Sequence record: MF158040
Strand: one strand, 5' to 3'
Length of the DNA stretch: 64,000 nt
Source: Shigella phage Sf13
Made by a program: the position numbers and the translations under genes. A model generated the notes under the pieces. That model saw nothing but the letters and a program-made list of their open reading frames with translations, did not search any database and had not been told where the DNA came from. Below are positions 41,312 to 50,069 of the stretch, one piece after another (position 1 is the first letter of the stretch; each line of letters starts with the position of its first letter).

Positions 41312-43684
41312 TTAATCCCAGCATACAGTGTCTTCTGGAATGCTCTTAGTATCAAAACCTAAGAACTTACCAACTTCGACGGGTGATACTTTATTCCAAT
41401 CCAGATTAGAAAGCAAGAAGTTTTCTTTACGGCGTTTCTCAAAGTAATCTTTGAACTTACTTTCAAGACGCTTCTTAGCGTTATCCAGAACCTTTCTTGG
41501 CTTACAAGAACCTCTCATATTCCTACGAATGGTATCAAGAGTGCTGGTAATATCTTTGTAAGCAACTGGTGCAGCAGTATATGCCAAGCGTCCAAACATT
41601 GCTTCTATAGCCTCTTCATTCCCCTCTAAGAAAATAGTCTTCTTAAAATCTTTACTGTAAATGTGGCCTCTGGACTTACGCTTATCAGCAAACATAAAGT
41701 TTCGAGAAATCACATTACAATCAGTGATATCATGATTATTAGTCATATATTGGTGAGTCAAGTAACGGTGATACTCAATCCAATGAGTATTATCAATAAA
41801 ATCTTTCATCACTTGTTCATTGACTTCTGTCCAGTCTTCAGGAATCTTTTTCCAGTTGGCTTTACGGAAGACATAAACTGACTGTCCAGTTAACTCTGTC
41901 ATCAACGTTGCAGCACGTTCTGGTGAACATGAGAAGATTCCACCAATCACTTCATCACTCTGTGCTTTGATATACAGTTGTGGTTCTTCAATCTCATCAA
42001 AGTTCTCTTTAACCTCTGTATAGCGAATCATGTCAGTATTTGGACATATAAATGCTTTATACAGTTTTACAACACCACGTACAATAGTACGTTTTTCATA
42101 GTGGTGCTCTTTAGATGACATTGTATGCACACTTAACAGACTCTTGTCAAGCATATGCAAATCTACAAACTCATCAAATTGCTGCTGACTGCTGAACAAG
42201 AAAGCGATACCATTGTAGCGACGGAAGTTAGAGTCTTCCTGTTCACGGTCACGGCAAGCTCCACGGATAATCTGGTTTTTACCAGTTGTCTTCTCAGACC
42301 CGTTCTTGTTTCGACGGTCATTAATAAGGAACAAATAGTTGCTCAACTTATCTTTACTCATTGCACCAAAGATACTAAACATTGCTGCATCTTGTGAATA
42401 AGTTGCTGAAGTTGCTCGAATACGATTCTCCAGACTGCTGTACTTGTAGTATGCTACAGGTTCATACAGATTACCAATATTAGGAACTGGATTACCATCT
42501 TTGTCAAGCCGCAAGTTACCTGCATCATCTTTCAAGAATGACGGAGAACCATCTGCTTCAGTTAACTGACCACGACGGATACCTAACAGTTTTTGTTCAA
42601 GTTTTTTCAAGTTCTGGCCTTGCCATTCCAGAGAATCTTGGACGTGAATAAAGATTTCACGAGCCTCCTTCCTCATGGTATCATAGGCTTGAGCAGCATC
42701 AATCAGAGTTGGCTTGTTAGCAATCTCTTTTACCACATCTTCTACGATTGTCTTAGTGATTTTCTTCACAGCTTCAACAATCTTGGTCTTAGTGGTCTCA
42801 TTCATCTGCAATGCTTCACGAGATGCAGCAATAGCCACTGAACCAATTGGCATGTAGATGTTAACAAGGTCTACAGCACTACGGAAGAACTGAGGCAGAA
42901 TGCTTGTAAACTCTGAACCAAGCAACTCACCCATTTCAACAGGATAAGCAATATTACCCATGATTACATTGAAATGGACACTGTTACTATTTGAACGCCA
43001 GTTCTCTTTGTACTTCATTGCATCATAGACACCATCTTCACGAGAAATGGAAGTCATTGCTTCAAGAATGTCATAGTACTCAACATTACACTCTGGCTTA
43101 ACTTTAAAGTACGAGTATACATTGCTCGCTTCTTCATGAAACTTGTTGATACGGTTATCGGATACCGCTACTCGAACAGCTAAACCATTTGGCTCTGTAG
43201 TTGGGTTAGTAGTCAACTTAGTTACTTGAGGGATACCATTCTCAAGGTAAACTGAGTATTTGTTAACTACACCATCAACATAGCTTGATACAGTGAATGA
43301 CTGAGCAATTGCAAATGGTGACTTTGAACCGATACCCATAGCACCAATGTAGTCATTTGAATCGTTTTTTGTAGATTCTCCATAGGTCATGTAAAGTTTC
43401 ATAACTTTATCATGAGTCAGCCCTGTACCAAAGTCACGAACTTCAAAGAATGGCTCGAAACGAGTTGGTAAGTGAACCAAGAAAGGTTTATCAACGTTAC
43501 CAGAATCAATGTGAGCATCTACTGCGTTACATGACAATTCACGAATTACAGCACGTTCTTTATATGTGTAAACACCTGAGCTTAGAAGACTGAACATTTC
43601 AGGTGTCATCTTAATCTGAGCCTGAGAGGTTTCCAGTGTACTTGAGCTTTTAATTACCGTTGCGTGGTCATTTACCATGCGCAT
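41312..43684 (-). CDS. rIIA: rIIA-like protein (N-terminal GHKL-type ATPase fold)
   Basis: N-terminal motifs AVIRELSCNAVDAH, RDFGTGLT, GAMGIGSKSPF as in T4 rIIA; 790 aa. Confidence 0.65.
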   Translation of the reverse strand: MRMVNDHATVIKSSSTLETSQAQIKMTPEMFSLLSSGVYTYKERAVIRELSCNAVDAHIDSGNVDKPFLVHLPTRFEPFFEVRDFGTGLTHDKVMKLYMTYGESTKNDSNDYIGAMGIGSKSPFAIAQSFTVSSYVDGVVNKYSVYLENGIPQVTKLTTNPTTEPNGLAVRVAVSDNRINKFHEEASNVYSYFKVKPECNVEYYDILEAMTSISREDGVYDAMKYKENWRSNSNSVHFNVIMGNIAYPVEMGELLGSEFTSILPQFFRSAVDLVNIYMPIGSVAIAASREALQMNETTKTKIVEAVKKITKTIVEDVVKEIANKPTLIDAAQAYDTMRKEAREIFIHVQDSLEWQGQNLKKLEQKLLGIRRGQLTEADGSPSFLKDDAGNLRLDKDGNPVPNIGNLYEPVAYYKYSSLENRIRATSATYSQDAAMFSIFGAMSKDKLSNYLFLINDRRNKNGSEKTTGKNQIIRGACRDREQEDSNFRRYNGIAFLFSSQQQFDEFVDLHMLDKSLLSVHTMSSKEHHYEKRTIVRGVVKLYKAFICPNTDMIRYTEVKENFDEIEEPQLYIKAQSDEVIGGIFSCSPERAATLMTELTGQSVYVFRKANWKKIPEDWTEVNEQVMKDFIDNTHWIEYHRYLTHQYMTNNHDITDCNVISRNFMFADKRKSRGHIYSKDFKKTIFLEGNEEAIEAMFGRLAYTAAPVAYKDITSTLDTIRRNMRGSCKPRKVLDNAKKRLESKFKDYFEKRRKENFLLSNLDWNKVSPVEVGKFLGFDTKSIPEDTVCWD

Positions 43685-43746
43685 AAGAATATCTCCTTAG
43701 TTGTCGATGTGGCAAACTATATAATTTTATAGATGCCACTGTCAAG

Positions 43747-43926
43747 TTACTTTTTAAATTTCTTTCCAGTTCCATTACAGTAAGGGCAACAATGACCTAT
43801 ACCAACTACCCCAGAACCTTCACACTCATCACAAGGTTCGGTCTCTGAGAAGTACTTGCATAGTAACACTGCAAAAGCAACTATACAACCGAGTGAAAGA
43901 ACAATTTCTAACCAATAACCTTGCAT
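43747..43926 (-). CDS. small membrane-anchored protein with two CxxCxGxG (DnaJ-type) zinc-finger motifs (59 aa), not in ORF track
   Basis: ATG with AGGAG RBS 9 nt upstream; N-terminal TM segment; CDECEGSG and CPYCNGTG motifs. Confidence 0.4.
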   Translation of the reverse strand: MQGYWLEIVLSLGCIVAFAVLLCKYFSETEPCDECEGSGVVGIGHCCPYCNGTGKKFKK

Positions 43927-44243
43927 ACCTTATCTCCTATAGTTCTGAATAGGACAAAACTCCTGTCATGGACAATACTCGAAGATACTGCAAAACTATT
44001 CTCAAGTATCTTTTTGTTTGGATTGTAAAATTCTTCTTGAAACAAATCAAGAGCTTCTTGATGGTTCTGTGGAAGACCTTTGATATAAACCTTCAAAGTA
44101 ACCGTTGTATAAATCTCAGAAGCTAACTCTGATTGTGCTGCTTGAAACAGTTCATTGATAAACTTATGACCATCTTCATGGCGCTTGATGTTTTCCCAAC
44201 GCTCTTCAATGATTAAATTAACATTCATCTGTTTAATTTTCAT
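43908..44243 (-). CDS. hypothetical protein (111 aa)
   Basis: ORF track ORF (GTG) trimmed to ATG at M5 with GGAGA RBS; preceded by terminator. Confidence 0.45.
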   Translation of the reverse strand: MKIKQMNVNLIIEERWENIKRHEDGHKFINELFQAAQSELASEIYTTVTLKVYIKGLPQNHQEALDLFQEEFYNPNKKILENSFAVSSSIVHDRSFVLFRTIGDKVCKVIG

Positions 44244-44260
44244 AGTAATCTCCACAAATT

Positions 44261-44281
44261 AAAAAGGCTCCCGTAGGAGCC
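44261..44281 (-). terminator. rho-independent terminator (minus strand)
   Basis: GGCTCCTACGGGAGCC hairpin followed by TTTTT on minus strand. Confidence 0.55.
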
Positions 44282-44296
44282 TCTTATCATACTGTT

Positions 44297-46114
44297 TTAA
44301 AGTTGCTTGTCAATAGTATTTCGAACATCACGCAGGTTAATGTAACCATAAGGTTGCGAGTTGCTAAATACCAGTTTCAAAGCACTATGACAATTGTCAA
44401 TTGCACCTTCAAACTCTGCAAAGCCAAAACCATCTACAGCTACCAGCTTGTCACCATCCCACATAGGGACAACTCCACCAAAAGCAGACTTCTTAAGACC
44501 GCTGTCAGTTTTAGGGTCTTTAGCCAGCATAATTTCTTGACCATCCATCTGTGCAAGAGTTGCTTTAACAGCAAATGCAAAGGTGTCACGAGTCAGGTAC
44601 TGATAGGTGTATGAGCCTACACCAAACACTACGTTAGAACTTGCAAAACCTTTATCAGCAAGACGTGACAGAATCTCATTAGCCCTTTCCAGAGTGATAG
44701 AATCACCGTAGATTAGTCCAATGTGCTCATCCAGTACTTTGTACCCTTTGGAGTTAATAGTGCCACCAAAGATGTTATACAGCGTGTGGATAGCTCCGTC
44801 AATTTCTGCTGTCAGCATACGCTTCACAGTAAACTGTCCAGTTTTCTGAGCGGTAATCAGGTTGATTGTATCAGCAGATTCAAAATCTTCTTTATCAACA
44901 ACCATCTCATAACCTTCAGAGATTAGCCAAGCAGAGAACCCAAAGCCAATATCAGACATTTCACAATTCAAGATTGTGTCATGCAGATGTGTATTGTTCG
45001 GTGCAAGCTCTTTCATGTGCTTATAGAACATTGACTTAGCAGTTTCCCATTCAATGGCTTTGTAACCTGTGACAATGTGAACAGGGTCTCCAGAGTCTGG
45101 ACGGATTACCAACTTACCATCACGATTCAGGATTACATTACGTAGCTCTGGCAGAATCTGTGTAACAGTACGCCAGAAGTTGTAAGTATCTGATACGGCA
45201 CTTGCAATACCAGTTGGGTAAACTTCTGTCAGAAGGCGATGGAAAGTTTCTACCTCACCACGCCAACGCATTGCATCAAGTAAGTTGTCAGAATGCGATA
45301 GATGCCAATCACTTACCTCTTTGTTAAGACTGTTCCATGAGATGTTTGCACACATCACAGAGTGCTCAGTAGCTGGGACAGAGTTACCAATCTCACCTAC
45401 ATTCATAAACTGACCATATGCACGTTTAGCTGTATATACAGCAGGGAAGCTGTCAGTACCTTTAAAACTTGTCAGGTGACCTACTGCGTTAAACGCATCA
45501 TCTGTGAAGCCAGACATACCACGCATTGCAAAGTCATGACACTGCCAAGGTAAATGGAAGTCGTTGTCACAGGTCTTGTCAGCCCATTGCTTACAAATAC
45601 GTTTGTAGTGCAGTGCAATTGTTGCAATCGTACAAGCTTTCCAGATTTCAGCAGAGAAAGCATCTTCAAGGTAACCAGCTACCCAATGGAATCCCTCTAC
45701 AGTGTTTTTGAATACAATCATCGGGACACGCATAGGGACAATTGTACCTTCCTCTACAGAGTAGACTTCAACAGGTAGGTAGCCCAAGTCATGAAGTTCT
45801 TCCCAATGTTGACGACCAATAGCATCTGCACCGAGAACACCATTCATGATTTCCAAGATTTCGTCAATGGCTTCTTTCTTATCACGTTCAAAGAACGTTG
45901 CATTCCAGTGGTCTACCAGATAGTCTTTTACAAAACGCTGAATACCAAAGGCTACAACACCATCAATCTCTAACGGAGAGTTAAACCATTTGTCTCCACG
46001 AGGTGTTAAGTTCAGCATAAGATACTGTGTAGCATCTGGATACTGGTAGAAATGGCCAGATTTGTAGGCATCTGCATTAAGTGCTGCTGGTACTGCATAA
46101 AGTGATTTAGTCAT
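44297..46114 (-). CDS. nicotinamide phosphoribosyltransferase-like protein (NadV/NAMPT family; Namat-like)
   Basis: 605 aa; NAMPT-family size and recalled sequence character; adjacent to Prs-like gene. Confidence 0.55.
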   Translation of the reverse strand: MTKSLYAVPAALNADAYKSGHFYQYPDATQYLMLNLTPRGDKWFNSPLEIDGVVAFGIQRFVKDYLVDHWNATFFERDKKEAIDEILEIMNGVLGADAIGRQHWEELHDLGYLPVEVYSVEEGTIVPMRVPMIVFKNTVEGFHWVAGYLEDAFSAEIWKACTIATIALHYKRICKQWADKTCDNDFHLPWQCHDFAMRGMSGFTDDAFNAVGHLTSFKGTDSFPAVYTAKRAYGQFMNVGEIGNSVPATEHSVMCANISWNSLNKEVSDWHLSHSDNLLDAMRWRGEVETFHRLLTEVYPTGIASAVSDTYNFWRTVTQILPELRNVILNRDGKLVIRPDSGDPVHIVTGYKAIEWETAKSMFYKHMKELAPNNTHLHDTILNCEMSDIGFGFSAWLISEGYEMVVDKEDFESADTINLITAQKTGQFTVKRMLTAEIDGAIHTLYNIFGGTINSKGYKVLDEHIGLIYGDSITLERANEILSRLADKGFASSNVVFGVGSYTYQYLTRDTFAFAVKATLAQMDGQEIMLAKDPKTDSGLKKSAFGGVVPMWDGDKLVAVDGFGFAEFEGAIDNCHSALKLVFSNSQPYGYINLRDVRNTIDKQL

Positions 46115-46158
46115 CTTTTTATCTCTCTCAAAGTGGGGCTTTTCAGCCCCTAAAGTTG

Positions 46159-47040
46159 TTATTCAATATTTGCTACTGTCACTTGTGAGAAGTGGGAAAG
46201 ACCACGGTCTTTTTCATCCCCTAGTGAGTCTGTAGTGTAGATATGGTCGATGCCATTGTCAAGAAGATTTTCAACACCTTTAGAGAAAATCCCATGAGTA
46301 ACATAAAGCTCTACACGTTCTGCTCCAGCTTCACGAAGATACTTTGCAGCCTCGATAAAGGTTCGACCACCATCACAGATATCATCCAGAATCATAACAG
46401 TCTTACCTGTTAAGTCTACATCATCAAGGATTCGCATACCAGTGATTTCACCAGTTTTCAGGTTTCGTACCTTTGCCATTGTGATATAAGGTTTCTCAAC
46501 CTCTTTAGCAGCCTCTTCAGTCTTCTTAGCTGCACCTGCATCTGGAGCCACTAAGTAATCAATGCGTGGGTCACTTGCAAAGTGGACTGCTGCCTCTTTT
46601 TGAGGGATGTTGTAGAAGCACTTAAACAAGTTCTCTGCTACATTACTGTGAGTATCCAGAGCACATACTGCATCAAACCCCATAGCATTTACAAGATTTG
46701 CAAAGACTTTAAGTGCTGCTGAATCGCCTTTAAACATGTGACGGTCATAGCGAGCATTTGGTAAGAATCCAAAAAGAACAGTTTTCATGGTTGCTTTCTG
46801 AGGAATCAAACGGTCAATAGCCTCTTTAGCCATAGCCAATGCAAAGAGTGTGTCTTTGTCATAACCTTGTACAGTGAATATTACGTTTTCAATCTTACCA
46901 GCAGCATGTTCAGCAAAGTCTACTAAGTCTTCTGAGAAGTTACCACCAATCTCCCCAGAAGGGAACTGGATAATGTTGAAGGTCTCTTGATGAGAACCTT
47001 TGGAATTTGAATTAAGTAGAACTCGAATAGTAGTTTTCAT
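46159..47040 (-). CDS. ribose-phosphate pyrophosphokinase-like protein (Prs family; Adps-like)
   Basis: PRPP-synthetase-like motifs (LVAPDAGAAKK; MILDDICDGGRTF); track TTG start trimmed to ATG at M7 with GAGAGAG RBS. Confidence 0.55.
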   Translation of the reverse strand: MKTTIRVLLNSNSKGSHQETFNIIQFPSGEIGGNFSEDLVDFAEHAAGKIENVIFTVQGYDKDTLFALAMAKEAIDRLIPQKATMKTVLFGFLPNARYDRHMFKGDSAALKVFANLVNAMGFDAVCALDTHSNVAENLFKCFYNIPQKEAAVHFASDPRIDYLVAPDAGAAKKTEEAAKEVEKPYITMAKVRNLKTGEITGMRILDDVDLTGKTVMILDDICDGGRTFIEAAKYLREAGAERVELYVTHGIFSKGVENLLDNGIDHIYTTDSLGDEKDRGLSHFSQVTVANIE

Positions 47041-47050
47041 AATATCTCTC

Positions 47051-47356
47051 TCAGTCAAAAGTTACAAATGTTACAGCCATAGCTGATTTACATTTCTTTG
47101 GGTCTACAATGTGGTAGATAACTGAACAGTTTCCTGTTCCGTCTGGTACTGGTTTTGTCCAAGTACGTTCAATATTTGGCTCTCCAAACTCTTTATAGAA
47201 TCCGTTGGAGTAGTGGTCTATCATCTCAATAGCAAGTGCATCTGGGACGTGACCACGTATCATATACATCTCACTACCATTTCCAGCTTCGCTAATAAGC
47301 TCTTTGATATCCCATTGTTCTCTAGCCATGATAAGTTGCCTCATAAACTGTCTCAA
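47051..47356 (-). CDS. hypothetical protein (101 aa)
   Basis: ORF track. Confidence 0.45.
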   Translation of the reverse strand: MRQFMRQLIMAREQWDIKELISEAGNGSEMYMIRGHVPDALAIEMIDHYSNGFYKEFGEPNIERTWTKPVPDGTGNCSVIYHIVDPKKCKSAMAVTFVTFD

Positions 47357-47837
47357 GCTTCAACAAGAGAGATATTGCCAGAAATGCGTATTCCCTGTCA
47401 AGCATTGGTGGCATATTATTTATAAGATATGCTTCCTGTTCTTCCCAAGTCATCTTAGGAGCTTCTGGAAGCTTCTCTCCTTGCTTCTGGTTATCTTCTT
47501 GAGTCTGGATAAACCAGTTCGAGCAATGGTGCTCTCCACCTTTTGTCACGGGCTTATGGTGGCCTAACGTGAAAGCTTTCTTTCCAGAATATCTACAAAG
47601 CTTATTAAGGGTTGCAATAGTATTCTTGACAACACAGTATTCATAGAGGTTGTCAATAGTGTAATGAGGGTAGTACTGGAACAAGGCACTATCACGGAAC
47701 TTACCACGGTTCCAAAGCACCATGTGATTAGAATTTGAAGGGTCATACTGATGTGACTCGATGAACTCTTGACGCTCATCAAAATCAAGACGAAGAACAG
47801 ACATTGCAGCAGCACGTTTCAGATTTGAATGGTACAT
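47322..47837 (-). CDS. HNH endonuclease (free-standing homing endonuclease candidate)
   Basis: HNH-like motif LGHHKPVTKGGEHHCSNW; own RBS after terminator. Confidence 0.5.
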   Translation of the reverse strand: MYHSNLKRAAAMSVLRLDFDERQEFIESHQYDPSNSNHMVLWNRGKFRDSALFQYYPHYTIDNLYEYCVVKNTIATLNKLCRYSGKKAFTLGHHKPVTKGGEHHCSNWFIQTQEDNQKQGEKLPEAPKMTWEEQEAYLINNMPPMLDREYAFLAISLLLKLETVYEATYHG

Positions 47838-47846
47838 GATTTCTCC

Positions 47847-47875
47847 AAAATAAAAAGGGAACCTTTTACAGTTCC
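47847..47875 (-). terminator. rho-independent terminator (minus strand)
   Basis: GGGAAC-loop-GTTCCC hairpin followed by TTTTTATTTT on minus strand. Confidence 0.55.
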
Positions 47876-47889
47876 CTAATCATATACGC

Positions 47890-48201
47890 TTACTGAGCTA
47901 TTTTCAAGACTTTTAAGAAACCTTCCTCGCCAATTGCATCATAAACGTTTTCAGTTGGCTTGATAAGGTTGTTCAAGCATACAATCTTCTTACGCTTCTT
48001 GTCATAAGTAAGCTTCAGTTGTTTCAACTCTTTGTTATCTTCAGGGTGCTCATTGTACATCTTCACAGCTTCTTTGAAGCTAATGTAGCCACCACCTAAA
48101 GTAAGGAAACCTGTACCACAATAGTGGGAGTTGTGTTTATCAGCCATAAACTGGCACAGGATAGAAATCTGAATTTTACGAGTGTTATAAATCTTTTCCA
48201 T
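47890..48201 (-). CDS. hypothetical protein (103 aa)
   Basis: ORF track. Confidence 0.45.
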   Translation of the reverse strand: MEKIYNTRKIQISILCQFMADKHNSHYCGTGFLTLGGGYISFKEAVKMYNEHPEDNKELKQLKLTYDKKRKKIVCLNNLIKPTENVYDAIGEEGFLKVLKIAQ

Positions 48202-48212
48202 TTTAATAATCC

Positions 48213-48470
48213 TTACTTACTACGTTTACGGTTGCGAGCTTTTTTAGCTGCACGTTTAATTGCTGCTGCACCAGTTTGGCGATGAGCTTGCTTCTTACCA
48301 CCTTTACCACGTCCAACATGGATGTAAGGTTGCTGTTCAATCTGGCTTGCAAGAACCTGTGCAACTGCTGAAGCGTCTACTCCAACCTGCTTACCAGTCA
48401 TTGAAACGATAGCTGCTGCTTTTGCTAGAGCTGCTAAGAAACCTGCTTTCATGTTTGAAAAAATTCCCAT
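48213..48470 (-). CDS. hypothetical protein with basic C-terminal tail (85 aa)
   Basis: ORF track. Confidence 0.45.
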   Translation of the reverse strand: MGIFSNMKAGFLAALAKAAAIVSMTGKQVGVDASAVAQVLASQIEQQPYIHVGRGKGGKKQAHRQTGAAAIKRAAKKARNRKRSK

Positions 48471-48485
48471 TTTAATATCTCTCTT

Positions 48486-48806
48486 TTAAAGTTTAATACA
48501 GAACTGTTTTAGTTCTTCTTCTGTTACGGAAATTACTTTGTCATCTTCAACAATATTTGTTGCGTAGAAGTTTGACATGTGTGACTTATATTTTACTCTG
48601 AAAACTTCAACTTCTGCAAGCTTTTTTAAAGCGTCTAGTCCGGTTGTATCAAAAAGACTCTTTGTGTACTTCTGCCAATCTTCAAGAGTGTTAGGGTTAA
48701 CCTTATACTCTCCAAACAGTGAGCTATTGCAATAGATGGTCATAATCTCACCTCTTTGAAAACCCGCTCTATTCTGCTCTCCATTGACAGTCGCCTTGCC
48801 AGCCAT
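48486..48806 (-). CDS. hypothetical protein
   Basis: ORF track ORF trimmed to ATG at M27 to limit overlap with nrdG. Confidence 0.4.
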   Translation of the reverse strand: MAGKATVNGEQNRAGFQRGEIMTIYCNSSLFGEYKVNPNTLEDWQKYTKSLFDTTGLDALKKLAEVEVFRVKYKSHMSNFYATNIVEDDKVISVTEEELKQFCIKL

Positions 48807-49254
48807 ATTCTTTTCTCCAAAGTATTTGATTGTCAGACCCACGATACGGTTTGTGTGTCGGTTTAGAAGCATCATACTTACCATCTATTACCACGTCAAC
48901 ATATTTCATCACTTCTAAGTTAATTTTTTCATGTAGTTGGTAACCTGTCCATAACCAGATAGACTTGTCTGGGTATACGGTTTTAATCCGCTTACAGATA
49001 TTTGTTACTGTCTGAACATTCCTATCATCAAGTGGTTCTCCACCAAGGATAGATAGACCACTGATTCCATCATCATTCATTATCTGCATAATGCCATAAA
49101 GGTTTGCATAAGTAAACTCTTTACCAGCATTAAACTTCCAAGATTCCTTGTTAAAACAACCTTCACAGTGATGTTTGCAGCCAGCTACAAAAAGACTGAC
49201 ACGAGCACCTTCACCGTTCGCTGTATCGAATTTTCGTATTTCCATGTAGTTCAT
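48769..49254 (-). CDS. nrdG: anaerobic ribonucleotide reductase activating protein (radical SAM)
   Basis: N-terminal MNY...GEGARVSLFVAGCKHHCEGC (CxxxCxxC) typical of NrdG; start set to M3. Confidence 0.7.
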   Translation of the reverse strand: MNYMEIRKFDTANGEGARVSLFVAGCKHHCEGCFNKESWKFNAGKEFTYANLYGIMQIMNDDGISGLSILGGEPLDDRNVQTVTNICKRIKTVYPDKSIWLWTGYQLHEKINLEVMKYVDVVIDGKYDASKPTHKPYRGSDNQILWRKEYGWQGDCQWRAE

Positions 49255-49646
49255 TAGCACACCTCAACTTCAAAACTTACATGTTTTGTGACGTACTCTT
49301 CACAATGCTCTTTAATAAATTCCTGAAGCAGTTCATCTTCCTGAGCACGAGTCATCAAAGCAACATACTTTGGATTCATTGTTTGCTGAATACTGTAGAA
49401 AGACATGTCACCAATTTCTGTACCATATGAATCTGACCATGTTCCAGTTACTACTAAGACTTTATCACTCAACTCCGTAGGGAGTTCAATGTCATCATCC
49501 TTTGCGTCATCAATAACAGAGTCAGTTATTAAAAGAGTACATGCTATGTAAAACTCTGAGTATTTTCTGTGAGTTTTCTCACAAGAGCCACACTCTAAAG
49601 CATAGTCTTTAAGCCAGTTCATTTGATTTTTATTTAATTTAGTCAT
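49254..49646 (-). CDS. hypothetical protein (130 aa)
   Basis: ORF track. Confidence 0.45.
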   Translation of the reverse strand: MTKLNKNQMNWLKDYALECGSCEKTHRKYSEFYIACTLLITDSVIDDAKDDDIELPTELSDKVLVVTGTWSDSYGTEIGDMSFYSIQQTMNPKYVALMTRAQEDELLQEFIKEHCEEYVTKHVSFEVEVC

Positions 49647-49742
49647 TTCTCTTTCCTTTCAATGTGTTGTATAAAAGCCCTAACAAGAAACCTAGTAAGA
49701 CAGAGCCTACTAAGGTGACTAACAAGAATGTCTTAATCATCA

Positions 49743-50000
49743 TCAATACCACCATATTGTTTGGTTGTTATCACAAACATACAGGTACTCTGTCCCGATT
49801 TGTGGGACGATGATTGTAGTGTTGCCTGATATGACTGTCATATAGTATAGGTAATTTCTACTCTGTGACGTTTGCTGACAATGGTTTGCAGTCATCCAAA
49901 GCTTAGTGTGGTAACTGTCATACACAGCAAAACCTACCAGAATTACTAATGCAATCCCAAGAAACCATAACCAAAATTTAGGCCAAAAATCATAGCTCAT
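49743..50000 (-). CDS. hypothetical membrane protein (85 aa)
   Basis: ORF track; hydrophobic N-terminus FWLWFLGIALVILVGFAVY. Confidence 0.45.
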   Translation of the reverse strand: MSYDFWPKFWLWFLGIALVILVGFAVYDSYHTKLWMTANHCQQTSQSRNYLYYMTVISGNTTIIVPQIGTEYLYVCDNNQTIWWY

Positions 50001-50069
50001 ACGTTAATTCCATACTCAATAAAAAAGGTGATGTAAGCCTATCAAGACCTACACCACCTTGTCAACTAC

